A stretch of 64,000 bases of DNA, taken from contig CAXMQZ010000037.1 of the NCBI GenBank assembly GCA_964195975.1, positions 23,721 to 87,720 on the forward strand, in the 5' to 3' direction. The stretch's first letter is position 1. Every line of letters starts with the position of its first letter. The stretch comes from an uncultured Polyangiaceae bacterium. GTDB taxonomy: Bacteria > Acidobacteriota > Thermoanaerobaculia > Multivoradales > JAHEKO01. A model generated the notes under the pieces. That model worked only from the letters and a program-made list of their open reading frames with translations. It was not told the DNA's origin and searched no databases. The translations under genes were made by a program, and so were the position numbers. This document shows, piece after piece, positions 28,688-38,564 of this stretch.

Positions 28688-30247
28688 TCACCCTTTTGCG
28701 GTAGCCCTGAGCTCCTCTTGAGTGACGACACGCTGGTAGGCAATGTAGTACTTGTAGATATTGCTGACGTACTGCACGGTTTCGCGACCGATGTCATGGG
28801 CGGCTGCGACCTCGACATTGCGGAACCATTTGTTCGGATCCAGGCCCATCTTGGCGGTTTTCGCTCTGACTTTCGCGATTCGACTCGGCCCTGCGTTGTA
28901 GGCCGCAAAGGCGAGCAGGGTGCGATTCACCTCGTTGATCTCGGGGTCGGAGAAGTAGCGGTCGGAGAGAAACCTAAGGTATTTGACCCCTGCGTGAACA
29001 TTATTCTCGATCTTGTCGATCTCCTCGACGCCGACGTTTGGATCGGAGGCAGTGCTCCTTAGCAGTTGCATGATTCCAATTGCGCCTGCACGACTCCGCT
29101 TGCTCTGGTCTAGACCCGATTCTTGGTAGGCCTGGGCAGTGATCATCAGGTGGTCAAACCCAAAACTGTCGGCGTATTTCTGAAACAGCCCGATTGTCTC
29201 GTCGAATTGGGCCATTTTCTCTGGTGTCAGAGAGTTTTCGACCCAGGAGGTATCTTTGAGGTAACGATTGAGGAGGATATTGCCTAGAAGTGTCCCCTTC
29301 TTTCGTACTTTTACGAAGTCGTTCATCAGGTGTTTCAGCTCCGGACTATCCTTACGGATCGCCCAACTGATCTGATCTCCGGAATGAATCGTGATTCCGG
29401 GGTGAACCTGAATATTATCGAGAACCTGTTTCCAAAAATCTGCCAGATAGCTATCCGCTATTGTTATATCAACCAATCCGGCGTTGACCATCTCGAGAAT
29501 GTCTTCGGTCTCGAGGAGCTCGTCGGCTGGCTTCAGACGGACCGGTTTCAGACCTGATTTCTCAAAGAATGACTCATTGAGCTCTACGAGGTGTTCCCAG
29601 TAGCTGCTCGAGCGTCGGATATAAACAGTTTTCCCGGCCAGGTCCTCGAGAGACTCCAGCGCCGGACCCCCAGGACCGGTCACTACGACTTCGCTGACGT
29701 CGGTTAGGAAAGGTTCCAGGAATTCGACGTGCTGCTTTCTCTCCGGTGTCGGGGTCAGATTTGTGGCAGCAATATCGCCTCGGCCCGCCACGAGATCGGG
29801 TATCACGCGATCGCGAGTTGTCGGTATCACGAGTACATAGATCTTTAGATTGCCTGTCTTTCTCTTTTTGTTGATCTCTTCCTCGAGCTGGGTAAGCAGC
29901 TCGTATGTCACTCCGCGTTGAGTGGCACCATCCAAGAAGTACGACATCTTGTTGGGAGTGACCAGAGCCCGGATAACCCGTCGTTCGACCATCCCTGGGA
30001 AGTCTCCCGCCCAGGAGGTTTTCATGACCTCACCGACGGGTAGATTGGAGCCGCCGGCCAGGTCTGCGATCGAGAGAAGCTCCCCGTCGGCTACCAACTC
30101 GGGGTGCTTGGTCAAAGATCGGTCCGAGTCGCTGGTCCCGGATTTCGAGCATGAAGTCGAGACCAGGAGGGTGAGGCAGAAGAGGAAAAGGGTCGAAAAC
30201 ACAGTTTTTGTCATTTGAACCCCGAGTTTGAGCCTGGTTTTTTCCAA
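28688..30247 (-). CDS. mltF: Membrane-bound lytic murein transglycosylase F-like (SBP_bac_3 domain plus SLT domain), lipoprotein
   Basis: 519 aa. Lipobox LVSTSC, an N-terminal family-3 solute-binding fold and a C-terminal SLT catalytic motif ...RAGAIGIMQLLRSTA... Confidence 0.8.
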   Translation of the reverse strand: MEKTRLKLGVQMTKTVFSTLFLFCLTLLVSTSCSKSGTSDSDRSLTKHPELVADGELLSIADLAGGSNLPVGEVMKTSWAGDFPGMVERRVIRALVTPNKMSYFLDGATQRGVTYELLTQLEEEINKKRKTGNLKIYVLVIPTTRDRVIPDLVAGRGDIAATNLTPTPERKQHVEFLEPFLTDVSEVVVTGPGGPALESLEDLAGKTVYIRRSSSYWEHLVELNESFFEKSGLKPVRLKPADELLETEDILEMVNAGLVDITIADSYLADFWKQVLDNIQVHPGITIHSGDQISWAIRKDSPELKHLMNDFVKVRKKGTLLGNILLNRYLKDTSWVENSLTPEKMAQFDETIGLFQKYADSFGFDHLMITAQAYQESGLDQSKRSRAGAIGIMQLLRSTASDPNVGVEEIDKIENNVHAGVKYLRFLSDRYFSDPEINEVNRTLLAFAAYNAGPSRIAKVRAKTAKMGLDPNKWFRNVEVAAAHDIGRETVQYVSNIYKYYIAYQRVVTQEELRATAKG

Positions 30248-30422
30248 TTTATGAGTGTAAATCTAGCAGACCGAGGCCTCGAGAGCTGGCGCGGAGCCCG
30301 TGATGTGACAAAACGGGTGGGTGAGATGCCTTTCACTGACCTGGGTGAGGACTTCGAGTAACATCCCACTTCTGAGAACGTGACAAGCAAGCCGACCGAC
30401 CGCGTCACTGAGAGCCCAGGCC

Positions 30423-31220
30423 ATGACCAAGAAATGCAAGATTTCGATTCGCAATGGACGGAAAGAGATTTCTCATTTGGCAGTGCGGATCGCTGAACCA
30501 GAGGGTGGTAGCGAGCTGCCAGTCGCACTGCTGTTTTTACATGGCTTCGGTTCGGGCCAGGAAGGCGACAAGGCCGGTTTCTTCCGGCAGAAGGCACTTC
30601 AAAGTGGTCTCACCTTCTGTTCCTTTGATTTTCAGGGACATGGTGATTCAGGTGGGGAGATGAACGGACTGACGCTGTCTCGTAATCTCGAAGACGTGCG
30701 GCGAGTCCATGCCGTTCTGAGATCACGTGGGCATCGTCGGATCGTTCTTCTCGGATCTTCGATGGGTGCTCTGACTGGCCTCTGGTATTCGGCCCTACAC
30801 CCCACGGAATTGGTCGCCGGACTTCATATTTCTCCGGCGCTCGGGCTCGAAGAGGGCCTGGCTGGTTGGGCCGGAGAAGAGGGGCTGAGACGATGGGAGG
30901 ACGACGGTAGTCTCGAAGTCGAGAACGAAAATGGCTCCTGGGATCTGGATTGGAGTTTCATGCTCGATCTCTGCTCCTACCACGATCATAAGCTCCTCGA
31001 TCTCTATCGCACCCCGTGCTTGATTTTGCAAGGCCAGCAGGACGATCGCGTCGATTGGACTCGAGTTCAAGACTTTGCTGCTGAATGTCCGTATCGAGAT
31101 ATCGAGTTCCATCTTTTTGCCGATGGAGACCACCGACTGGTAGATCGAAAAGATCGGCTGTGGGAGTTGATGGTCGGCTACCTACGTGGCAAGGGATATC
31201 TCAACGGCGAAGCCTACTGA
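30423..31220 (+). CDS. Alpha/beta hydrolase (dienelactone-hydrolase/peptidase S9-like fold)
   Basis: HGFGSG oxyanion region, nucleophile elbow GSSMG, C-terminal ...DGDHRL. Confidence 0.75.
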   Translation: MTKKCKISIRNGRKEISHLAVRIAEPEGGSELPVALLFLHGFGSGQEGDKAGFFRQKALQSGLTFCSFDFQGHGDSGGEMNGLTLSRNLEDVRRVHAVLRSRGHRRIVLLGSSMGALTGLWYSALHPTELVAGLHISPALGLEEGLAGWAGEEGLRRWEDDGSLEVENENGSWDLDWSFMLDLCSYHDHKLLDLYRTPCLILQGQQDDRVDWTRVQDFAAECPYRDIEFHLFADGDHRLVDRKDRLWELMVGYLRGKGYLNGEAY

Positions 31221-31249
31221 CGCCGAAACTGCCATTTGACAAGGTTTTC

Positions 31250-31999
31250 TTATTTGAGACGCAGGACAAGCTGACGGTTTTGTCTTTCGAGAACTACCTG
31301 TTGCGGGTCGATCTCGCGGACCATGAATCCGCTGATCGACTCGCCGATTCCAACCACACGGCCGTTTAGCAGCGCAAAAGGTCCGGACTCCGACCAGGCG
31401 ATGCCGCCGAGTTCGATCGAGACGTTCCCGCCAAGATCGACATATCGAATGTACGACTCGGTGATTGGATCCGTGTCGACCTGATAGGAAGTCGGTTCAG
31501 GTGCGCCGAGTGCTGTCGAGTCTTCGCCACTGAATTCCCTCGGTCGGGCGGAGCCATTTTCGGTGGTGGCCACGTCGCTTCGAGTGACAGAGTTCGTGGG
31601 AGACAGAGTCGGGGCCGTATCTGTTGCCGCCTTCGGAGAACTAGTGCTTTTGCCCGAAACATCTGCCGTCTGCGCGGTCGTCGCTGCGCCGGTTTCAATA
31701 GCTGGGCTCGAGGCTTCGATACCAGGCTGAACCCCAGACCCTAGAGCGTCATTGGATCCAGAGTCGGAGGGCTCCAAGAGAGCACTCTCGGTAGTAGCTG
31801 AAGGTAGTCGCCAGGCGAAACCCAGCAGGGCGATCACGCTGACTGCAAGAGCGACTGCCAGGACCAATACGGCGAGTGAAAGCCAGACACTCTTCTCTTT
31901 GGGTCGAGCAGCCGGCGCTAGGGGAACACCTTTCTTTGCCGCTTCTTGTCGAACCGCCTCCTCTCGTGCTCGCTGCAGGGCCTCATTGATCAAGCTCAC
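31250..31999 (-). CDS. GspB/ExeB-like protein (N-terminal MSLINEALQRA, single TM, low-complexity periplasmic region)
   Basis: The N-terminus resembles GspB MSYILDAL.... It is translationally coupled to the ExeA-like ATPase gene by a 4-nt overlap. Confidence 0.45.
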   Translation of the reverse strand: MSLINEALQRAREEAVRQEAAKKGVPLAPAARPKEKSVWLSLAVLVLAVALAVSVIALLGFAWRLPSATTESALLEPSDSGSNDALGSGVQPGIEASSPAIETGAATTAQTADVSGKSTSSPKAATDTAPTLSPTNSVTRSDVATTENGSARPREFSGEDSTALGAPEPTSYQVDTDPITESYIRYVDLGGNVSIELGGIAWSESGPFALLNGRVVGIGESISGFMVREIDPQQVVLERQNRQLVLRLK

Positions 32000-32808
32000 C
32001 GGAAGTGTCCCTCCAGCTCCTTGATGGCCCGACGAAGGTGTCGCGCGGTCAGGTGATCCTCGCCCTCGACATATCCACAGAGAAGAGCTTTGTCACAGAC
32101 GGCATTGATCAACCGAGGAACGCCCTCCGAGTAGCGATGAATTCGTCGGAGGGCAGACCGGCTGAAGGTGGGTCTGCCGTTAGCGCCGGCCACTCGCAGA
32201 CGATGCCAGATGTATTGTTCTGTCTCGGTGAGGTTTAGTGGCGTCAGGTGGTAGCGAACCGTGATGCGCTGGCGCAGTTGGCGCAGCCCTCGGTCGTCAA
32301 GCATCCTGCGGAGCTCGGGCTGACCGATCAATACGATTTGGAGTAGTTTTTGCCGGTCCGTCTCCAGGTTTGATAGAAGCCGCACTTGCTCCATGAGCTC
32401 GACGCTCAGATCTTGTGCTTCGTCTATCAGCAAGACGACATTGTGTTCCTCTTCGACTTGCTCGAGTAGGAACCGATTCAGGGTTTCGAGCCAAACTACG
32501 CGGTCGTTTCGTGAGGCTGACAGCCCGAATTCGGCCAGCACCGAGCGCAAAAGTTGAGGTCCAGTCATGCATGGGTTGAGGATGAGCGCAGTTCGATAAC
32601 CGTCGCCGAGCTCTTCGAGCAGCGCCCTGCACAGAGTCGTCTTTCCCGTTCCAACTTCACCGGTGATTTGGATAAAGCCCTTTCGCTCACGGATGCCAAA
32701 AACCAGGTGATCAAAAGCCTCCTGGTGACGTCCGCTGAAGAAAAGAAAGCGCGGATCGGGAGTGATATTGAATGGCGACTCGTAGAAGCCGTAAAACTGC
32801 TGGTACAT
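31996..32808 (-). CDS. ExeA/GspA-family AAA ATPase (short form without peptidoglycan-binding domain)
   Basis: Walker A GEVGTGKTT, Walker B LLIDEAQDL, and the family-typical N-terminus MYQQFYGFYESPFNITPDPRFLF. Confidence 0.75.
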   Translation of the reverse strand: MYQQFYGFYESPFNITPDPRFLFFSGRHQEAFDHLVFGIRERKGFIQITGEVGTGKTTLCRALLEELGDGYRTALILNPCMTGPQLLRSVLAEFGLSASRNDRVVWLETLNRFLLEQVEEEHNVVLLIDEAQDLSVELMEQVRLLSNLETDRQKLLQIVLIGQPELRRMLDDRGLRQLRQRITVRYHLTPLNLTETEQYIWHRLRVAGANGRPTFSRSALRRIHRYSEGVPRLINAVCDKALLCGYVEGEDHLTARHLRRAIKELEGHFR

Positions 32809-32991
32809 AGCTGAATGGTTGGGCCGGTCTGCAACTCGGCGCCGGGGTTCAGTCTAGCACCGAACACCGACGTGCTACTCTCGGCACTCGCCAGCCGCGC
32901 GACTTGACCCGCATGATTCACGAGCCGCGGGGCTCATGAATAAGGCGGGCTAGATATTCAGAACCACAAACGAAGTGTTGAGGCGACCAAG

Positions 32992-33561
32992 ATGACTCGA
33001 TATTCCGCATCGAAGCTTTGTGGAACGATTTTTGTGCTGCTCATCCTGGCTGCGTACGGGTCACCTGCGGTCGGCGCCGTAGCCCAGTCCTCCGGTGACG
33101 ACTACGACCCTGAGGGGCGTATCGAGGAGCTGGGGCTCGTCCTACCTGAGCTTCCCCCTTCGATCGCGAACTACGTCAGGACCGTGCGTACGGGCAATTT
33201 GGTCTTTACCGCCGGCCACGGCCCATTGCAAGCCGATGGCACCTATTTGAGCGGGAAGCTTGGGAGCAATTTGGATGTTGAACAGGGCTATGGCGCGGCT
33301 CGGCTGACGGCTGTTGCGCTTCTCTCATCGCTAAAGGCTGAGATTGGTGATTTGAACCGAGTTCGGCGAATCGTGAAGGTGACCGGGATGGTCAACTCGA
33401 CCCCCGATTTCACAGATCAGTCCAAGGTGATAAACGGTTGTTCGGATTTACTGGTAGAGATCTTCGGAGATCGTGGTCTCCATGCTCGTGCGGCGGTGGG
33501 TATGGCGTCTCTGCCAAGGGGGTTTGCGGTAGAGATCGAAATGATTGTCGAGGTGGAATAG
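32992..33561 (+). CDS. RidA/YjgF-family protein with N-terminal signal peptide
   Basis: 189 aa. The C-terminal 130 aa ...GNLVFTAGHGPLQADG...AARLTAVALL...AVEIEMIVEVE has the chorismate-mutase-like RidA fold. A predicted signal peptide precedes it. Confidence 0.7.
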   Translation: MTRYSASKLCGTIFVLLILAAYGSPAVGAVAQSSGDDYDPEGRIEELGLVLPELPPSIANYVRTVRTGNLVFTAGHGPLQADGTYLSGKLGSNLDVEQGYGAARLTAVALLSSLKAEIGDLNRVRRIVKVTGMVNSTPDFTDQSKVINGCSDLLVEIFGDRGLHARAAVGMASLPRGFAVEIEMIVEVE

Positions 33562-33566
33562 GGCTG

Positions 33567-34985
33567 ATGCCAATGAAATTCGCCTGGATGACGGACATGC
33601 CCATTTCCTGTTCGAGACGGGTTTCTGTTGCTTTGCTGCTTATTTGCGCCGCTAGCGCGGGGTTTCCTCTATCGTTGAGAGGCGAAGACCAGGACGTCCG
33701 ACAGGGTCGCGTGATCAAGGGCCCTGGACAAGTCATTCCGTGGAGAGAGAGGGTTCAGGTAGTCAATGACTCATTAGCCGAGCGGCTGAGCTCGTTGCTG
33801 CCCGTCCTGATGAGAGAGGTCGGCATCGACATGTGGCTGGTCGTAAACCGGGAGTACGCAGAGGATCCGGTCTATTTCAGTCTCGTGCCGGCACCGGTCT
33901 TTGCGGCGCGCCGGACAACGATGCTGGTTTTCTTCGATCGAGGTGATGGGCAAGAGATCGAGCGTCTCACAGTGAATCGATATCCTCTTGGGGAGCTTTA
34001 CCAACCCGCCTGGGAAGGGGGAGATCTCGAGGAGCAGTGGAATCGTTTGGCGCAGATCATTCGCGAGCGTGATCCGAAAAGGATCGGTATCAATGTCAGT
34101 CGTCATTGGCCGGTAGCAGATGGTCTGACTGCCGGCCTACGGGTCCGGCTTGAAGAGGCTGTGGGTCCGGATATCGAGTCTCGTTTCGTCAGCAGCGAAA
34201 ATCTTGTAATTCGTTGGCTGGAGTCCAGATCGGATCTCGAGTTGCAGCGTTATCCGCACATTGTCGAGCTCGCCAGAGGCGTAATTTCCGAAGCCTTCTC
34301 TGGAAGTGTGATCACGCCAGGCGTTACGACCACGGATGATGTCGCTTGGTATATCCGCCAACGCTTTTCAGATCTGAATCTCCCGATTTGGTTCATGCCA
34401 GATGTCAACGCGCAACGATCCTCGATCGCCTGTGAGCGGGACTCGCCTTTTTGTGGGATCCAAGACACGGTGATTCGCCCGGGAGACGTCTTGCACACCG
34501 ATGTTGGTATCTGCTACCTGAGGCTGTGCACCGATACTCAAGAGATGGGGTATGTGTTGCGTCTGGGGGAGAGCACGGTTCCGGAGGGGCTTGCAAAGGC
34601 CCTCGCCGTAGGGAATCGATGGCAGGATCTACTTACCCGGGAGTTCGTCACTGGCCGCACCGGGAACGAGATTTTGGCAGCGGCAAAGGGCTCGGCAGAG
34701 GCGGAAGGGATCCACTCGGCAGTCTACTCCCATCCATTAGGAGTGTTTGGGCATGCTCCAGGCCCTACGATCGGAATGTGGGATAACCAAGGACCCGTCG
34801 CAGATAGAGGCGATTGGAAGCTGTTGCCGAGCACTGTCTACGCTATCGAAGGCAATGTGATGGTGGGCGTACCCGAGTGGGACGGGCATCTGGTTCAAAT
34901 CAAGCTCGAACAGAGCGCGGTGTTCAACGGCGAGGCTGTGGACTACCTCGCAGGCCGACAGACAGAGTGGCATCTGGTGCATTGA
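33567..34985 (+). CDS. M24-family metallopeptidase (Xaa-Pro aminopeptidase/creatinase-like), secreted; start at internal ATG after the RidA stop
   Basis: Signal peptide MPMKFAWMTDMPISCSRRVSVALLLICAASAG followed by a pita-bread fold (...HTDVGICY..., ...HPLGVFGHAPGP...). The ORF-track start at 33438 overlaps RidA. Confidence 0.7.
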   Translation: MPMKFAWMTDMPISCSRRVSVALLLICAASAGFPLSLRGEDQDVRQGRVIKGPGQVIPWRERVQVVNDSLAERLSSLLPVLMREVGIDMWLVVNREYAEDPVYFSLVPAPVFAARRTTMLVFFDRGDGQEIERLTVNRYPLGELYQPAWEGGDLEEQWNRLAQIIRERDPKRIGINVSRHWPVADGLTAGLRVRLEEAVGPDIESRFVSSENLVIRWLESRSDLELQRYPHIVELARGVISEAFSGSVITPGVTTTDDVAWYIRQRFSDLNLPIWFMPDVNAQRSSIACERDSPFCGIQDTVIRPGDVLHTDVGICYLRLCTDTQEMGYVLRLGESTVPEGLAKALAVGNRWQDLLTREFVTGRTGNEILAAAKGSAEAEGIHSAVYSHPLGVFGHAPGPTIGMWDNQGPVADRGDWKLLPSTVYAIEGNVMVGVPEWDGHLVQIKLEQSAVFNGEAVDYLAGRQTEWHLVH

Positions 34986-35047
34986 GTTCCAAGGAATCCG
35001 ATCGTTCGTCACCTTCTTCGTCTGGGGTTTCTGGACGAAGCGACCCG

Positions 35048-37231
35048 ATGTTGGATCTTCCCCTGAGTCCCGGGTCATCGTCGGAGGACTCTCCCCCTGG
35101 CTTCCCACCTGCGCCAACGACCCAAAGGGCTCGAACCAGGAAAACTGGTCGTCAGAGAGGCAGGAGAAGGCTCGGCCGCCCAGTCAACAAGAAGAAGCGG
35201 GTCTTGATTGTAGGGCTGGTTGCCTTAGCAGTCGCGGCAGCGTATCTCGTGTTCTGGCCCAAGCCACCACAGGCTGCTTTCTCGCCAGTACCGTTTTCCT
35301 CCGGTCCTCAGCGAGTGTCCATAGGTGGAGACATGAAGGAGATCACCCTATCCAATATCGGTGAGCGACCGATGGCGATCTCGTTGGTGACAATCACGGA
35401 TGATCCCGGGACCGAGTTCGAGCTCGTTAATGACACCTGTACCGATCGGCTGCTGGAACCCCAGCAGAGCTGCGTAGCCGCAGTGGTTTTTAGCCCGGGA
35501 GAGATGGGGGACAGAGGCGCTGCTCTCGAAGTCCATGCCGAGATGCCGGACTCACCCGCTCGTCTCGAGCTTACCGGAGAGGGGGTTGCGCCGCTTGTTG
35601 AGCTGTCTCCGTCGACTCTGTCTTTTGGCTCTCAGGATGTTGGTACAACATCGGGTGCCAAGACTATTACGGTGAGCAACTCCGGGACAGCGCCCCTCGA
35701 GATCGAGGGGTTGAGTCTCGAGGGTGGCGGCGCCAGAGACTTTCGTCGCCGGAGCGACAAATGCTCGAAACAGACGCTGCAGCCCGGGTCAGAGTGTACG
35801 GTTCAGTTTGCGTTCGCCCCGCGGGCGGCGGGTGCGCGATCAGTGGAGTTGAGGATCAGTAGCGATGCGCTCCATCCTCCACCGGCTTTGGCTATCTCGG
35901 GTGAAGGGATATGGACCGGCGCAGCCTTTGCTGTCGATCCCAAGAGCCTCCAATTCGGAGATCACATTGTCGGATCAGGTCTGGAGAGGCAGAAGGTCGT
36001 GGTTACAAACCGTCAAAGCTCAGTCCTGCGTGGTCTTGAAGTCGAGCTGGTAGGAGAGAATGCCGGTTTTTCCGTGACCAAGGAGTCGTGCTCGGGACGG
36101 TCGATTGATCCAGGTGAAAGCTGTGTGATCCAGGTCGGGTTCGCCGCTCCAGAAGAAGGTGATTTCAACGGCTTGTTGCAGCTCGGTAATGATCGTCTTG
36201 GACTCCTGGGACTCGAGGTCGAAGGACGTGGTGTGGCACCTCGATGGGTTTTGAGTACGGACGCTCTGGATCTTGGCCAAGTAAGAGTCGGTTCTAAGAG
36301 TGATCCGCTTGGAGTCGAGCTGGCGAACGAAGGAAGTGCAGCGGCAAAGGTGTCCAAGGTGGAGATCATAGGAGCAGATGCCAAGCAATTCAAAAAAGGG
36401 AGTGATTCCTGCACGGAGAAATCGATCGAGCCCGGAAGCTCATGCTTGGTCGAAATTGCATTTCTTGGTGATAGAGAGGGACCGCACCATGCAGAAGTTC
36501 GCATCCATACTGCTGCCGGTATCAGTCCCCAGACATTCGTTCTGTCTGCGTTGGCGGCAGCTCCTCGTTTGACTCTCGATCTCGAAATGGCCGAGTTCGG
36601 TCAGGTTCACCGCACGACTCTTCAAGAGCTGATCGTGACCGCGTCCAACCCTGGAACTGCTCCGCTCCAGCTCGACAGCTTCACAATAGAGGGTGAATCG
36701 GCCGGCAGTTTCAGGATTTTGGGTGGAACTTGCTTCCCTCAGGCTACGGTTCCACCGCGGCAGCGCTGCACCGTTAGAATTGGTTTCGATCCGGTGACCA
36801 AAGGACGTAGTACAGCTCGTCTCGAGATTCAGCATGACGGTTTTTCCGGACCTAGGTCTGTTCCTTTGTCAGGTACCGGGCTACCTCCTCCAGCGCCTGA
36901 GATCTATCTCTCGACGCGACGGTTGGATTTCGGTCCTGAGCCCGTCAGAGAACGCAGCCCGATTCTGACGGTTACGATAAATAGCGCCGGAACAGGCCAA
37001 CTTCGACTCGAAGACTTCCTGGTCGATGGGGACGATGCCGGCAGTTTTCAGATCATTCCGGCCACCTGCCATGCGGCGCCATCGCTTCTGCCAGGAAGTA
37101 GCTGTGCGGTTGGCGTTCGGATGACTCCAGCAACTGCGGGACCGAAGAGGGCTCGGCTGGTTGTTCGACACAATGCGGGGCCAAGAGCCAGCACCGTAGA
37201 CCTGGTTGGTGAAGGTCTTGGTGGTTCCTAG
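35048..37231 (+). CDS. Large surface/periplasmic protein with about six tandem choice-of-anchor-D-like beta-sandwich repeats, each with a conserved Cys pair. N-terminal Arg-rich cytoplasmic tail plus a single TM anchor
   Basis: Repeating ...F...VG..S.......N.G...L.I..........F........C....L.PG.SC.V.V.F.P...G...A.L.I... modules. Anchor KKKRVLIVGLVALAVAAAYLVFW. The ORF-track start (34814) overlaps the M24 gene. Confidence 0.55.
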   Translation: MLDLPLSPGSSSEDSPPGFPPAPTTQRARTRKTGRQRGRRRLGRPVNKKKRVLIVGLVALAVAAAYLVFWPKPPQAAFSPVPFSSGPQRVSIGGDMKEITLSNIGERPMAISLVTITDDPGTEFELVNDTCTDRLLEPQQSCVAAVVFSPGEMGDRGAALEVHAEMPDSPARLELTGEGVAPLVELSPSTLSFGSQDVGTTSGAKTITVSNSGTAPLEIEGLSLEGGGARDFRRRSDKCSKQTLQPGSECTVQFAFAPRAAGARSVELRISSDALHPPPALAISGEGIWTGAAFAVDPKSLQFGDHIVGSGLERQKVVVTNRQSSVLRGLEVELVGENAGFSVTKESCSGRSIDPGESCVIQVGFAAPEEGDFNGLLQLGNDRLGLLGLEVEGRGVAPRWVLSTDALDLGQVRVGSKSDPLGVELANEGSAAAKVSKVEIIGADAKQFKKGSDSCTEKSIEPGSSCLVEIAFLGDREGPHHAEVRIHTAAGISPQTFVLSALAAAPRLTLDLEMAEFGQVHRTTLQELIVTASNPGTAPLQLDSFTIEGESAGSFRILGGTCFPQATVPPRQRCTVRIGFDPVTKGRSTARLEIQHDGFSGPRSVPLSGTGLPPPAPEIYLSTRRLDFGPEPVRERSPILTVTINSAGTGQLRLEDFLVDGDDAGSFQIIPATCHAAPSLLPGSSCAVGVRMTPATAGPKRARLVVRHNAGPRASTVDLVGEGLGGS

Positions 37232-37238
37232 AAGAGAA

Positions 37239-37270
37239 GAGGGCCACCCTTCGCAAAAAGGATGGCCCGT
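37239..37270. terminator. Imperfect hairpin GGGCCACCC-N11-GGATGGCCC between convergent genes (anchor-D protein and cspA); candidate bidirectional terminator
   Basis: Seen directly: 9-bp stem with one mismatch, located between the stops at 37231 (+) and 37295 (-). Confidence 0.35.
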
Positions 37271-37294
37271 GGAACTGAAGTGCTGACCTGGAGA

Positions 37295-37507
37295 TCAGTC
37301 GGCGACCCGGACCACGTTGCTTGCGGCCGGGCCCTTGTCTGCTTGGACGATCTCGAACTGCACCCGCTCACCCTCGGCCAGGGTCCGGAAACCCTCCGAG
37401 ACGATCGAGCTGTGATGCACAAAGCAATCCTGATCACCTTCCTCGGGCGTGATGAATCCAAAGCCCTTTGCATCGTTGAACCACTTGACTCTTCCGTAAA
37501 TAGTCAC
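37295..37507 (-). CDS. cspA: Cold-shock protein (CspA family), GTG start preceded by AAGGAG
   Basis: [35 protein letters not shown]... contains the RNP1/RNP2 motifs. The upstream part of the listed ORF is not CSD-like. Confidence 0.9.
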   Translation of the reverse strand: MTIYGRVKWFNDAKGFGFITPEEGDQDCFVHHSSIVSEGFRTLAEGERVQFEIVQADKGPAASNVVRVAD

Positions 37508-37835
37508 ACTACTGCTCCTTCGGGTTCGTTGTCGCTTCGGCGGGTCCCATGCCCGCCGTGCAGCAACGGTTTCGGCTGATCGGCGTTCCTGGGCGATGCT
37601 CGAGGGACGAACGCCATCTACAAATCCCCCTTCGCTCACAAACACCCTGCTAGCTAGGCGAACCTACTTTCGATTGTTGGGGTTCAATTCTTAGGAATAT
37701 CGGTTGGCTGTGCCACGAGCGGCTTGCCAAAAGACTTTTGAACGGTAGCAGATCCGACAAGGGTAGTCGAGGCCTGTTTTGGCACGTCTCGGCTGGATGT
37801 CGAGCGTTGAGTGGCTAGATGTGGCATCGTGTCGA

Positions 37836-38420
37836 TCACGGATAAAGACGTTGAACCGACCAGCCCTCGCAGCCCTTTTTATATAGAAATCGATCGTGTA
37901 GCCGATGTAGTTGATTGTGCCAAACCTCCATCCTCTCCGGTACGAGTCGGTATCCGCCCCAGAACTCAGGCCGGGGGATCGCTTTGTTGAGAAAGCGGGT
38001 CTTGATCTTGAGATAACGAGCCAGCAATTCTTGTCGGGAGCTCAACGGCTGACTCTGTTTGGATGTCCAAGCGGCGACCTGACTCCCGCGTGGTCTTGAA
38101 TCGAAGTATGCGTCTGATTCCTCATCACTGACTCGCTCGATACCTCCCTCGATTCTGACCTGAGTGTCCATCCATGGCCAATAGATACATAACGCGGCAC
38201 GGGGGTTGGCATCGATGTCGCGGGCCTTTCGACTCTCGAAGTTGGTGAAGAAGACAAAACCGCGATGGTCTACGTGCTTTAGAAGAACGGCTCGTGCAGA
38301 AGGTCGAGCTTCAGTGTTTGCGGTCGCGAGGGTAGCAACCGTTGCATCGGCACCGTCGTGTCGTTGGGCCCTCTCGAAGAGGTCAATAAACTCTTGAATT
38401 GGATCCGGAGGGGCGCGCAT
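37836..38420 (-). CDS. pdxH: Pyridoxamine 5'-phosphate oxidase
   Basis: ...TLATANTEARPSARAVLLKHVDHRGFVFFTNFESRKARDIDANPRAALCIYW...RIEG...FWGGYRLVPERMEVWH..., ending in the characteristic ...RLYP. Confidence 0.85.
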   Translation of the reverse strand: MRAPPDPIQEFIDLFERAQRHDGADATVATLATANTEARPSARAVLLKHVDHRGFVFFTNFESRKARDIDANPRAALCIYWPWMDTQVRIEGGIERVSDEESDAYFDSRPRGSQVAAWTSKQSQPLSSRQELLARYLKIKTRFLNKAIPRPEFWGGYRLVPERMEVWHNQLHRLHDRFLYKKGCEGWSVQRLYP

Positions 38421-38564
38421 CTCGTGCTCGAGCTTGGTTCGCGAGCACAAGGCTCGAATTCGAGCTTCGAGGCTAACACAGCCAAATACGCCCAGCTGGG
38501 TTCGGTTTCGGGTCCGAAGTCACTCGGGCTGGGCGTACCGCAAATACTGAGGATGTTCAGGGCG

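Noticed and set aside
34814-35047. Arg-rich 78-codon N-terminal extension of the anchor-D protein ORF, and the 33438-33566 extension of the M24 ORF
   Set aside because: Both extensions overlap the preceding, well-supported genes in another frame. Internal ATG starts give sensible signal peptides/anchors, so the extensions are treated as non-coding read-through of the ORF caller
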